A stretch of DNA of 64,000 bases, from the NCBI RefSeq assembly GCF_009914755.1, contig NC_060929.1; one strand, 5' to 3'. The notes under the pieces are model-generated. The model did not search any database, had not been told where the DNA came from, and saw only the letters and a list, made by a program, of their open reading frames with translations. Made by a program: the position numbers and the translations under genes. Every line of letters begins with the position of its first letter. The first letter of the stretch is position 1. This document shows, one piece after another, positions 14,903 through 27,960 of this stretch. This stretch comes from the human T2T-CHM13v2.0 reference genome, Homo sapiens.

Positions 14903-17266
14903 ATAGACTTTGGATTTTTTAAAAAATATTTTGTTTTTATTATAGGCTTTTTATTTGTGGTTACCCCGAGGCTTACATAGAACATCTTACATGTATAATA
15001 GGCTATTTCCAGTTGATAACAAAAAATTTTTATCACATATACAAACTTTACACTTTTATTTCCCCTCCTGCCACATTTTATATTTTTGATTTCATACTTT
15101 ATATCTTTTTATAATTTGTATCTCTTAATTTATTTTGGCCTTGGATGTTTTTAATTATTTTCACTTTTGACCTTTATCCTAGAAGTACAATTTATTTAGC
15201 CACTGTCATTACAATATTAGAGTGTTTCAGATTTGACAATGTATTTACTTTTACCAGTGCGTTTTATATTATACTTTTGTATATTTTCATTTTACTAATT
15301 ATCATCCTCTTTCTCAGCTTGAAGAACCCCTTTAATCATTTTTTTTGTAAGGCAGGTCTAGTAGTGATAAATTCTGTCAACTTTTGTTTGTCTGAAAATG
15401 TTTTGATCACCCCTTTGTAAAAGACAGTACTGTTAGGTATAGTATTCTTGGTTGGCAGGTCTTTTTGTTTCCTTTTAAAATTTTGAATATATCATCCTAC
15501 ACCCTTCTGACTTGTAGTGTTTCTGCTGAGAGAGCCATTGATAATTTTATGGAGTTCAACACTCTCTCTTTGACTTTACCTTTTCATAATTTGATGATGT
15601 GTCTTGGTGTGAGTATTTTTGAATTTATCTTATTTGAGGTACTTTGAACTTCCTACTTTTGGCTTTCTGTTTTATTCCCCAGACTTGAGAAGTCTTTTGT
15701 CATTATTTCTTTGAATATGGTTTCTGTTCCTTTTTGCTCTCTCTTCTTCTGGCACATTAGTATTGCATGAGTTGTTCCTGTTGATGGCATTTTATGATTC
15801 TTAAGCTATCTTCACTCTTTTTCAATCTTTTTTCTTTTTGCTCTTCAGATTGGGTGATATCCTGTGAGCTGCCTTTCAGTTCACTCATTCTTTCTTCTGC
15901 TTGATCTAGCCTGCTCTTGAACACCTCTATTGAATTTTTCAGTTCAGTTATAGTATTCTTCAGATCTATGATTTATGTTTGATACTTTTTAATACTTTCT
16001 ATCCCTTGTTGAAATTGTCACTTTATTCTTACATTACTCTCTTGACCTTGGTGAGCATTTTTATGACTGTTATGTTGAATTCCCTGTTGTGTAAATCACA
16101 TGTCTCCACTTCACATAGGTCTGTTTTGGAAATTGATCTTGTTCTTTTGTTTTGAATATATTTTCTTCTTTCTTCATTGTTCTTGTCTCTCTGTATTGTT
16201 TTCTGTGCAGTAGAAATGATGACTACATCTACCAGACTTGTCAGACTGGCCTCATGTAGGAGAAGGATCTCACCACTCTATCTGACCAAAGATTTTAAGC
16301 TGCCTTTTACACTGGGTTTGTCCAGACTTGCTTATTTGTTTTTGGCAGCCCCCAAAGCTTAGGAGGTGTCACATCCTCTCAGTACCCTTAGACTGAAAAT
16401 ATAGGAGCCAGACACTCTAGATATAGCTGAAAAAGTAGAAGTGTTGGCTGTATGTTTTTGTTTCTTCTCTCCTCATCATGAAGCTGAGCATGGGTATATT
16501 TTCCACTCTCTCCTGTACGTACATTCAGTAGATGTACTATACATATATTCAGGCTGCAATTTCTGGTCCTGAGGAGGTAGTTGCTGGAAAGGGACTCATT
16601 GTGCATCTACCTCTTTGTTTTCTGTGGTCTAGGTCATTCAGAAATGCAAAACCCCATTGACTCCCAGAGGTACTTTGTTAAGGAGACAGTCCCTTGGGTG
16701 GGAGCTATAGAAGTTGTGGCACTCAGTGCATGACCAAACTCCTTCCAGGAAAAAATGGGTAGGCTTGGATTTATCACTAGGGTGAGCTGGAGAGGAGGCT
16801 CATGAAGTGCCCTACTCTGGCTGCCGAAGTATTATTGTTTGTCTGCACAACTAACTTCCTGATGTAAGTTTGTTAGAAGCCAAGCTGTCAAGTAGCCACT
16901 GGAAGTGTGTGCTGTAAGCTTCTTTTGGAGAGAAAATGGGAGCTGCATGACACCCCTTCATGTTTCTGGACTGCTCCAAGGGCTTGTAGTGGCTGAAAAT
17001 ATTTTCGCTCCTTGAAGACCACCTCTTTGTTTTGTGATCTATGGAGGCTTACATGTGCCTAGTCCTTTCTGCTCTGAGAACCAGGTGGTTTAGGATTGAG
17101 TCTTTGAAGAGGTAGCTGTAAATGTTGGGACACTCAATATGTGGCATAAATTTCTTCCAGGGAAAAACAGAGAGCTGCATTTTTTTTTTGAAGCCCATTT
17201 TCTGGACTGCTCCCAGGAGTTGAAGCCCCTGGAAGTGCTTGCATGCCTATATAAAACTTCTATTTA

Positions 17267-17568
17267 GGCTGGGCATGGTAACACATGCCTGTAATCCCAG
17301 CACTTTGGGAGGCTGAGGCGGGTAGATCACAAGGTCAGGAGTTCGAGACTAGCCTGGCCAATATGGTGAAACTTCATCTCTACTAAAAATATAAAAATTA
17401 GCTGGATACACACCTGTAGTCCCAGCTACTCAGGAGGCTGAGGCAGAAGAATCGCTTGAACCTGGGAGGCGGAGGTTGCAGTGAGCCGAGATTGCACCAC
17501 TCTACTTCAGCCTGGGTGACAGAGCAAGACTTTGTCTCAAAAAACAAACAAACAAACAAACAAAAAAA
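17267..17568 (+). mobile_element. AluSg-like SINE inside the L1MA 5' region
   Basis: Dimer with gatcacaaggtcaggagttcgagac; (CAAA)n tail; small deletion at the start of the right arm. Confidence 0.93.
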
Positions 17569-19098
17569 CCAAACTTGTACTTTATTCTGTGGTCTATAAA
17601 GATTTGCATATACTTTGTCCCCACTGCTCCCAGAGCTGTGAGGTTTAGGATGCAGTCCTTTGAGTGGAAGTGGGAAAAGTTGGAGTGCTTGATGTGTGGA
17701 CAAATGCCTTCCAGGAGTTTAATGGACTTGGCATTATCCCTTGGGTGAGTCATGAGAGGATGCTCCAGGAGTGCTGGTTTGCTTCTCAGGGTGCTGGCTG
17801 GGTTAACATTTGTCTTCCCCTTTAACTCCCTGGCACAAGTTAGTAGGAAACCAGGCTACCAAGTAGCCATGGAAGAGCATATTATAAACCCCTCCTGGAA
17901 AGGCCCCTCCTTTGCACTGCAACCAGGAGATGAAGCTCCTTATAGCACTTAGTCACTTATATCAAATTGCCACTTTTTTTTTTCCTGTGATCTATAGAGT
18001 CTTGCATATGTCTAATCCCCTCTCTTTCCACATTTGGTGAAGTAACAGCCAAATTATGAGGAACCTTACAGTTAGGAACCTTAGAGTTAGGGCACTATCT
18101 ATCAGGCCCAAGCCCTCTTCTTCACAGAGAGAACCTGGGTGTTGGGAATTCCTTTCTCAATTGTATGTTGCGGTGCCAAGGACAGGGTCCATGCCTGTGT
18201 GTGCCTCAGATATTCCTAACCATTTGATGTGGATGTTGTCTCAGTTGCCTTGTAGGCAGGAGTCTCTCAGCTAGTCTTTGACTTTCTCTTAGAGGGAATT
18301 TATCTGTGAATAGATGCTTATTTGCTGAATTTGTGGGTGTAAAGTCAGGAGCTTTCTATTCTGTCATGTTGCTGATGTCATCTCCATTTTTTTTAATGTG
18401 AAGCTTAACATTTCAAAATACCTTCTTTTTTCTTCAAGCAAGGAATTAAGATTCAGTTGGTTAATAGATAATCAGGCATGCTTTCTTATATCTTTGGAAA
18501 AAAGTTGCTTTTGAAATAAATCTTTAATTCTTCTCAGAGACTTTAGAAGAATATTTTAAGAAGTTTGGTATAGGTAATCTGATCCCTGATTATATTTTAC
18601 TATTGTCTTGTGGCAGCTACCAATCTTCTATTTTCTTAGCCACTAAAACACTGGGAGGCCCAGTTTGACCTCTTACTTTTGCAAAGCTAAGCATCATGTT
18701 AAGAATAACTTTCAGTTATCAAAGTAGAAGGGACAGCATGAGGTAAGAAAGGTAAGAGTGACAGCGTGAGGGAAACACAGAGGAAAAAGGAACCTTGAAA
18801 AAATATTGACCTTATAGGCGTGTGAATCATTCTAGGTTAGTTAAAAAGAAATAACGTTTTCTACAAGTGTTCAGAGACCATGAAATGTGGGTTAGTAAGA
18901 GGGGCAGAAAAGAGGAATTCTGTGTAGAGGGAATGGTGCCAACAAATACAAATGTATGGAAGTACAGGAAGTGTAGAAGGAAGAGTCTGCTCTGAGAGGA
19001 GTGTTGAGTGCTTGAGGAGGAGTAGCAGGAGCTAAGGCTGAGAAGAAGCTGGAATCTGAGTGAGGATAGTCTTGAATTACAGATGAATGAGTGTAAAC

Positions 19099-19388
19099 CT
19101 GCACTCTTCAATATGGTAGCTACTAGTAACAATAAGATATGCTGAGAGTGTAAATACCATATTTTGAAGATTTAGTGTGAAAAAATGTAAAATATCTTTT
19201 TTTGTATAAATGACATGTTAAAAATAATATTGGGATGCAGTTAAATAAAATGTGTTAACTATATATTATTTCATAGGTATTATTAAGACAAAGTTCCCTT
19301 GTTTCTCTTTTGTTTTTTTTTAATGTGGCTACTAAAAAATTTAAAATTACACATGTGGCTCTCATTGTAGTTATATTAAACGGTGCCA
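19099..19388 (-). mobile_element. MER33-like hAT-Charlie MITE
   Basis: 'ttttaatgtggctactaaaaaatttaaaattacacatgtggctc' and 'caatatggtagctactag'; 8-bp flanks gtgtaaac / gtctagac (Charlie-type TSD, 6/8). Confidence 0.8.
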
Positions 19389-19897
19389 GTCTAGACTTTA
19401 CCTGAAAACAATAGCTGTTTTGGAGGTAGAGGAGATGGTGGTGAAGGTTTGGAAATACTATGTTTTGGATAACATTGACTCAGCAACACTGAAAGGTAGA
19501 GTAGGGAGTAGAATGTGTAAAATTGGAACTTGGAGAACAGAAACTAGAGACATATAGCTCACAGAGGTACCCACATAGAAATGCTTATGAAGCTGAACTG
19601 TGAAGGAATAAATGTGAATGGCATCTTTCAGGGAGGAACTGTGTGCAGAGGAGAGCTAAGAGAGCTAGAAGTAGATGACCAACTTCAGCTATGTTAGGAT
19701 GAGGATAACTTTTACCTTTAAATTTTAAAAGACTTTGAGGTAGAATTTCTAGAAAAGGAATTGGCAGAAAGGAGACAAAACAAGTCACCACCAATGACTC
19801 TTTGCCTTATTGAATGAATGCTTCCTTGCTGTGGAGCAATTACAAGGGTGAATGCAGAATGCTGAGTGGCCCAGTACCTTCCTTCCTTCATATGTGC

Positions 19898-20246
19898 TGC
19901 TATGATCTGAATGCCCACCCTAAATTAATATGTTAAAATCTTCACCCCCAAGGTAATGGGGAGGTGGGACCTTTCCAAGGTGATTAGGTCATAAAGACAG
20001 AACCCTCATGAATGGAATTAGTGCTCTTATAAAAGGGACCAAAGGGAGCTGCCCACCTATTCTTCCACATGAGGACACAGTGAGAAGGAACTGCCTATGA
20101 GGAAGCAGGTCCTCTCCAGACACCAAATTCTGCTGATGCTTTGATCTTGGAATTCCTACTCTCCAGAACTGTAAGAAATAGCTTTCTGTTGTTTATAAAC
20201 CACCCAGTGTATGGTATTTTGTTATAGTAGCCCCAATGAACTGACA
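19898..20246 (+). mobile_element. MLT1A/MLT1A0 solo LTR (ERVL-MaLR)
   Basis: TG...CA ends; perfect 5-bp TSD tgtgc (19893-19897, 20247-20251); 'ccctcatgaatggaattagtgctcttataaaag' and 'ctccagaactgtaagaaata'. Confidence 0.88.
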
Positions 20247-20554
20247 TGTGCACGTTGTAAAGAATTTAATGCATAGGTAATAAATGAAAGACACCTTGGT
20301 AGCTGGAAGATTAGAGACAAAAAGTGTAAAATAACTCAATTAGAAGGTACAAACTTGAAGGGATTCTCTATGGCCTGCCATGCTTAAATGTTCTTCATGT
20401 GGCAGTAATATGAGGTATTTTAAAAAGTGAATTAGTTGCTGTCATAATTGCCCCTTTTCTCAAAATGGAGGCAATTCTGGGATGCAAATTAAATCCTGAC
20501 AAGCTGTGAAATCTCTACCTCAAGGGTAAATTTGCTAGGAATGGCATTTTTTTT

Positions 20555-20797
20555 ATTCATTCATTAGTGGGCTGACTCAGGTTGATTCCTTAACTTTGCT
20601 ACTGTGCATAGTGCTGCAATGAATATGAGAATGCAGAAATTTCTTTAACAAACTGATTTCAAATCCTTTGGGTAAACAACTAGGATTGCTGGATCATATG
20701 TTAATTCTATTTTTTCTCTTTCAATTATGATTTTATTAGACACTTTTTCTTCTTTCCTTAGTGTAGCTAAATGTTTGTCAATTTTGTTTACTTTTTA
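20555..20797 (-). mobile_element. Two abutting short L1 fragments (an L1MA-type 3' ORF2 piece and an upstream ORF2 piece)
   Basis: 'tagtgctgcaatgaatatgag..ggattgctggatcatatg' followed by 'ttagtgtagctaaatgtttgtcaattttgttta'. Confidence 0.6.
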
Positions 20798-22916
20798 AAA
20801 AAGAAAAAACTACAGGCCAATAACCCTGGTAAACATAGATGCAAAACTCCTGAACAATGTACTAGCAAACTGAATGCAGAAGCACATCAAAAGGTTAATT
20901 CACCATGATCAAGTTGGCTTTATTCCTAGGATGCAGGTTGGTTCAGCATACACAAATCAATAAATGTGATTCACCACATAAACAGGATTAAAAACAGAAA
21001 TCATGTGATCATCTCAATAGATGGTAGAAAAACTTTAGATAAAATCCAATGTCCTTTCATGATAAAAAACCCTCAAGAAACTACGCATTGAAAGAACATA
21101 CCCCAAAATAATAAGAGCCATCTATTACAAACCCACAGACAACATCATACTGAATGAGAAAAAGCTGGAAGTATTCCCCTTGAGAACTGGAACAAGACAA
21201 GGATGCCAACTCTCAGCACTCCTATTCAGCATAGAATGGGTAATCCTAGCCAAAGCAATCAGGCAAGAGAAATAAATAAAAGGCATTCAAATAACAAAAG
21301 AAGAAATTGAACTACTTCTCTTTGCAAATAATTTGATCTTATAGCTAGGCAACACTAAATACACCACCAAAAAGCTCCTGAAACTGATAAGTAACTTCTG
21401 TAAAGTTTCAGGATAATCAATGTACAAAAATCAGTAGCATTTCTATACACAAATATTGTTCACGCTGACAGCCCAATCAAGAATGCAATTTCATTTACAG
21501 TAGCCACACATGAAAAATACCTAGGAACACATCTAACCAAAGAGGTAACAGATCTCTACATAGAGAACTACCAAACACTGCTAAAAGAAATCACAGAAAA
21601 CACAAACACATTGAAAAACCTTCCATGTCTTTGGATAGGAATAATCAATATTGTTAAGATGGCCATACTGTCAAAAGCAATCTACAGATTCAGTACTATT
21701 CCTATCCAGTTACTAATGCCATTTCTCACAGAATTAGAAAAGACTATTCTAAACCTCATATAGAATGAAAAGAAAAGCCCAAAATAGCCAAAGCCATCCT
21801 GAGCAAAAAGAAGAAAGCCTGAGGCATCACATTACCTGACTTCTAACCACATTACAAGTCTACAGTAACCAAAACAGTACGGTACTCATGTAAAAACAGA
21901 CTTGTAGATCAATGGAACAGAAAAGAGAATGCAGAACTAAAGCTACACACCTACAGTCATCTGATCTTTGACAAAATCAACAAAAAATAAGCAAGAGCAA
22001 AGTTATCCCTATTCAGCAAATGGTGCTGGGATAACTGGTTATCCATATGCCGAAGAATCAAATTGGATCCTTACCTATTACTATAATAAAAGTTAACTAA
22101 AATAGACTAAATACTTAAATTTAAGACCCCAAATTATAAAAGTCAAAGAAGAAAACCTAGAAAATGCCCTTCTTGACATCAGCCTTTACAAAGAATTGAT
22201 GGCTATGTCCTTATAAGCAATTGTAATAAAAACAAAAATTGACAAGTGGGAACTACTTAAACTAAAGAGAGTCTGCATAGCAAAAGAAATGATCAACATA
22301 GTAAACAGACAACCTACAGATTGGGAGAAAATATTCACAAACTATGAATCTGACAAATTTCTAGTCTCCAGAATCTACAAAGAACTCAAAGAAATCAACA
22401 AGCAGGAACCAAGTAACCCGGTTAAAAAGTGGGCAAAGTACATGAACAAACACTTCTCAAAAGAATACCTACAAGCAGCCAACAAACATATGAGAAAAGG
22501 CTCATCATTACTAATCATCAGAAAAACGCAAATAGAAACCACAGTAAGGTACGATCTTGCACTAGTCAGAATGGCTATTAAAAAGTCAAAAAATAACAGA
22601 TGTTGGTGAGGCTGCAGAGAAAAGGGAATGCCTATACACTGCTCGTGGCAATGTAAATAGTTCAGCCACTGTGGGAAGGAGTTTGGAGATTTTTCAAAGG
22701 ACTAAAAAGGAAGCTATCATTCAACCCAGTAATCCTATTACTGTGTATATACCCAAGGAAAAAGAAATCATTCTACCAAAAAGACATATGCACCTGTAGT
22801 TTTATTGCAACAATACTCCCAATAGCAAATACATGGAATCAAGGTATTTGCTACTGATTCCATGAGCACCATTGATTAGGTGCTCATCAATAGTGGATTG
22901 AATAAAGAAAAATGTG

Positions 22917-22990
<74 letters not shown>

Positions 22991-23356
22991 TGGAATACTA
23001 TGCAGCCTTTAAAAGGATAAAATAATTTCCTTTGCAGCAACATAGATGCAGCTGAAGGCCATTATTCTAAGTGAAATAACACAGAGACAGGAAATTAAGT
23101 ACCGTATGTTCTCATTTATAAGTAAGTACTAAGCATTGGGTGTATATGGACATAAGGATTGCAAAAATAGACACTGGGGACTACAAGAAGGAAGAGGGAA
23201 GGAGGAGGCACCAGTGTTGAAACTAACTGTTGGGTACTATGTTCACTACCTTGGCGATGAGCTCAACTGTAAGCCAAGCCTCAGCATCACACAATATACT
23301 GAAGTAACAAACCTGCACAAGTACCCCCTGAATCTAAAATAAAAGTTGAAAAAAAA
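20798..23356 (+). mobile_element. 5'-truncated L1PA15/16-like LINE-1 (RT region to poly(A))
   Basis: Degraded ORF2 (22289-22609 [12 protein letters not shown]..); 3' end 'gtaacaaacctgcacaagtaccccctgaatctaaaataaaagttgaaaaaaaa'. Confidence 0.88.
22917..22989. repeat. (TA)n(TG)n microsatellite inside L1
   Basis: Seen directly. Confidence 0.95.
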
Positions 23357-23530
23357 GTCTTGTGATGACATTGGCCCACCTAGTAATCTGAGATAATTTC
23401 CCTGTTTTAAAATCTTTAATTTAATCACATTTGAAAAATTCCTTCTGCTATGTAAGGCAACATACTCAGAGGTTACAGAGACTAAGATATGGACATCTTT
23501 GGAGAACTATTAGTAAGTCTACTTCATCTA
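23357..23530 (-). mobile_element. MLT1C/D-like LTR, 5' fragment only
   Basis: 'cttgtgatgacattggcccacc..ttaatcacatttg..atgtaaggcaacatactcagaggtt..tggacatctttgg'. Confidence 0.7.
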
Positions 23531-24439
23531 CCATAAGTAAAACCTTTGAGCTGGTAAAGAGAGGAAAGCTAACAGAACTTTGAGAGTGTGGTGTTGGAGT
23601 AAGTCTCCAGGAAAACTCTCTACTCCCCATTTCAAGTTATAAAAATATCTAGGCAATTTGGGGCACCTGAGAATAGAGAACATATGTTCTCATTTCTTGA
23701 GTGGAGCCCAAGAAAGCAAACAAGATTTGCTTGATATAATACCAGTGAAGTTTAAAGAGGAAGTTGACATTTTAGGCATAGCTGCATGAGCAATACTACC
23801 ACACTGGATTCTCCAATATCTTTAGGATGACAGAGGAGAGCACCTGGGACTTATTTGTGACACAGATTAGTGCCTAAAGGTGGCTGTGAAAGGGTGAACT
23901 AATCCAAATGGTTCTCATGAGCAAAGTATAGAGAACAGAATACTGAGACCACTGTGTGCCAGTGGGAGGTATGACCACTGTGAGGGACAGACAGAATGAT
24001 ATTCATCCATGGCTGTCATTGTGGGCAAATGATGATGATCCTTTCAATGTTACCCATCAGTGCCATGATGTTACATAAATTATCTAGTTGATTGATGCCT
24101 CTCTAGAAGAAAGGGAAAGAAAAAACTTGAATTGACTCAATAGACACTTAAAATGGTTAAGTTTATTTGGAATTAAATCTCCTGCCATTAGGCAGAATAG
24201 AGGCTCAAAATAAAAATTAAAGTGTATTACTTTATAAAGTTACTTTTTGGTGTTCATACAATTGAGTTTTATGGTCTAAACACTTTATACACCTTTGAGA
24301 ACTATTCACAGTTTATAACCTTATAGAGGTTTTAGGAAAAATTGCCAGATCAACAAAGCTTCATTTGTTCTGATTCATCATTCCCATATTCTGTCTACTT
24401 CCTGTCCCTTTGTTAAACTTCTCTAGAAGGCCCGTTGAT

Positions 24440-25000
24440 TAGTGCTTATTAAAAATTTAGGATTCTAGCACCTGGCTCAAGCAATAAGATATTTATCGAC
24501 TTACATTACTAAAAAATCCTGTGGGAATGTGGGCTTTAGGGTTGGTTTGATGCAAACATTAATAAACATTAATGACTTGAATGGTGTCATTGAGGTGGCA
24601 GACCCATGTCCCTGTGGCTCTCAGTGATGACTTCCTCCATGTATTCATCTCATCCTCAGGGTGGCTCATCTCATGATTGAAAGAAGGCTGCCAGCTATAG
24701 CATCCACAGCCTCTAGTTATTTTCATTTACACCTGGAGTAAGATAGGGATTTTCTTTTCTTAACTGTGAAATAAAAAAATCTTGAGTCTTTTTATGAGTA
24801 GAATAATTTGGTTACATGCCCACTCCTGAACCGTTCACTAAATCAATGGAATACCATGTTCTGATTAGCTTAGGCCTTAGGTATGTGATCTCACCTAAAT
24901 TTAAAAATGACCCAAATGGCTTCAATCCATCAGAGTCCAACTTTAGAGCTGGAGTGGGCTCAGTCTCTTCCATGCCACCTAGTTGTTATGCAAAGAGGAA
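24440..25000 (-). mobile_element. Old MaLR LTR (MLT1K/L/J group)
   Basis: 'ggctcaagcaataag..atttat', 'catcctcagg..ctcatg..aagaaggctgccagc', 'ggttacatgcccactcctgaacc..ctgattagcttaggcct'. Confidence 0.55.
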
Positions 25001-26769
25001 AGGAAGAGATGCTTTTCTTAGAGTTGTCCTTACCAGTAAGTACCCTCTCTCTTCCCCTCATTAAATTATCATATTATTTTATATAATCTCCTAAAGATTC
25101 CCAAGGCATCAATTTTGTTAATTTGATAAACTAAGCTGTGTCATTGAGGTTACTCATAAGAGAATATGTGACTTTCTGTAGCAATGGACTACTTTTATTG
25201 TACTATAAAATTAAAATAATTTCAGACGTAGCAGATAAGACCAACTCCATGGAAGATAAGCAAAGAGCATCTTTGAGTTGCCACAAATTAAGCAGTTCTG
25301 ACAAATGACTGAATTTTTTAAAAAGGGTTGCCTTTTTAAAGGGTGGCGAAAAAGTGGCTGTATCAGTCAATTAAGGACTGTTCCTGGCTCTGATTAAGGC
25401 ACTTTTGAACAAGATAAGTCATTGATGAACTAGAATAAAATGACTCATATCTTTGTGTATTGAGAGACTCTTAACATGCACATTATTGATCCTGGGGAGT
25501 GATTTGACTCTGTATTTGACAGTCAAATTGAGGGCCTCTATTTTGCAAGCCTATTTGACACAATAGGCTGTAATGCGTCTTTTAGGATTCTTTGGGCCCA
25601 AACTACCCATAAAATTATTCATTGTAATGGCTCCTTTGGAGCAGTGACAGGACTTGATATAAACGTTTGTTAAGAACAGTTGGATTCGCTGATTATATCT
25701 CCAATGATGGAAAATAGAAGCTTAAGTGAGGGCAAGGATTTTGGAGACAAGGAATTGTTTTATCAGCTGATGACAAGACTACAAGTAAGGAAAGAGCCAA
25801 TGGGAGTTGTCGATTCAGAGTACATGCTATTCTTAGAGACTGAGGGATTTTATGCATATGGATTTTATTAGGCATAATGTGTATAATGTTTTACACAGAT
25901 TGTAAATGGTACTTTCAATGTAAAAGTATATTGAAAATATAATGCACAAAATAATATGAATATTTTTGTTTTCTGTATCAGGTATACAAATACCAAGTAA
26001 ATATTTGTTAGAGGAATATGTAAAGTAGACATATTATTTTACTTGCTAATTTTCATGAACTTTTTGAGCTAATTGGTTATTCTGAAATATGTTCTAATTT
26101 CTTCCTAGGGGGCACAAAAGTGCAGTTTACTAAATTCTATTTCTATGCTTATTTAGGCAGTTTGTATTTAACTTGTTTTCTGAGTAGTAATAAGGAATAA
26201 GCTTTTTCAAGAAAATACAGTTTGCATTTAAGAACATAATAAAAATTTACTGATTTGTTTGGCAACCATATGCTTGGAATGAGCATAATTAAGGGCATCT
26301 GAACTCAAGAAGATACAGTATTGCATTTGGGATTGAGTTACACTAATGATGCTACAGTATGTTTTTGGAGCTAATCTACCATCTGCCTATCCTGATAAAA
26401 AACTGTGTCAGACAGAATTATATACAGATGGAACTTTGAAAAAACGGATGGCCTTTTGTCATTAACAGTTACCTTGTGAAAGAACAGACAGGTGCACAGC
26501 TGAAGTACTAAAAACTTTTTAATAGCAGACCCAGACTGCTTTTGCTCTTCATAGGATTTTAGAACTATTAGTGTTAATCAGGTCAACTTTCTTATTACAC
26601 ACAAGAAAGCTCAGGCAGGTGAGGGGAATTATTCTTGGGCTCACAGTTGTTAAATGGTAAAATTGGTCTCTTTGACAGTTGGATTCATTTTGGCATTTTC
26701 TCTGTAGTATTGAAGCTAGAGCTTGGGTCAGTATTTGGGGTTTATAGCCCTCTAGCATAGTCCTACTGT

Positions 26770-27240
26770 TTTTGGATAAATTTGCATTTTGTTGTAAGAG
26801 CAATGGGGAATCTTTGAAGAATTTTAAATAAAAGAGTTATAATTTGGTTTTAATTACATTTTAAGAAAACACAATTCTTGTTACCATGTGAGCAGAGGAA
26901 GGAATTGACAAAATCAAGAGTGAAAGTGAGAAGACAAGTTAGGAGGCTTCTGCAACAGTTAAATGAAAAGTATTGAGATCTAGGGTGTAAATGATGGCAG
27001 AGGAATGGAGATATTGACACATTGAGAATATTTAAAGATGGAATAAAATGTCTTTTAGGAGAAATATAGGGAAAACTGGCAATGACTCCAAGATTTCTGG
27101 TTTTAGTAATGGAATAGATATAGTGGGATGGTAGTGTAATTTACAGGTCTGAGGGAGATTGGGTGGGGTAGTAGGTTTTGAGAGGTATTTTTGGAGAGGA
27201 ATGAAGATCCACATTAACACTACACAATCAAGTTTGATTT
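26770..27240 (-). mobile_element. L2 LINE relic
   Basis: 'gcaatggggaatctttgaagaatttt', 'caagttaggaggcttctgcaacagt', 'aatgactccaagatttctgg'. Confidence 0.65.
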
Positions 27241-27369
27241 GGATGCTCTTTCTTTATAATTCCATGGTAACCATTTCAAATAGCCCATGCAATGTTCATA
27301 TAGGAAGATATATGTATATGTATGTGCATATATATATATATATATATATTCATTTACGAGAGAATTCTA

Positions 27370-27793
27370 GTTTTGTTTGTGGCAGCAACTTGATTTCTCT
27401 GCCTTTCAAGCATGGGAGGTGATAATCACGGCAAAGGTAATAAATCTGTCCAATGAGTTAAGAGTACTGTTGTGTGAGGTTCTAAGAAACTTCTTAAAAG
27501 GGAGATACATTCAGATAGCACATGCTCCATTTTTTTTTCTTTTTTTTTGCATTTTTCTCTACTTTCTGCCTAAAATGCAGATACAATAGCTGGAACTGTG
27601 GCCACCATATTGCCACCAACCACGAAAGACTAAAAACAATCATGTAGACCTTGGTCTTGACATAGTTTAGTTGCTGCAGTAGCCCTAGATTAACTTCCTC
27701 TATAATATTAAAATAAAATTAAGTTTATTTTGTTAAACCACTATTTTCTGGATTTTCTGTTGCACATGGTCAGATCTGAACTCTAACTGATAC
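27370..27793 (+). mobile_element. MLT1J-like solo LTR
   Basis: 'ccaatgag..cttcttaaaaggg', 'gctggaactgtggccaccatattg', 'ttaaaccactattt..ttttctgtt..ctaactgatac'. Confidence 0.6.
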
Positions 27794-27814
27794 CATTCAT
27801 CACATCCTTGATGC

Positions 27815-27960
27815 AGTTTGTGTTGGTTTCCTGTCTTCCTTACTAGATAATAAGTTCCTTGAGTTCAGGGTCATTGCTTTATCTTTCTTTGTATTCATGA
27901 CACTGAACACAGGATTAACATATGATAGGAACCATAAAGCTTAGTCAAAGTAACTTGATA
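27815..27960 (+). mobile_element. L2 3' tail
   Basis: 'actagataataagttccttgag..caggg..ttgtattc'. Confidence 0.55.
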
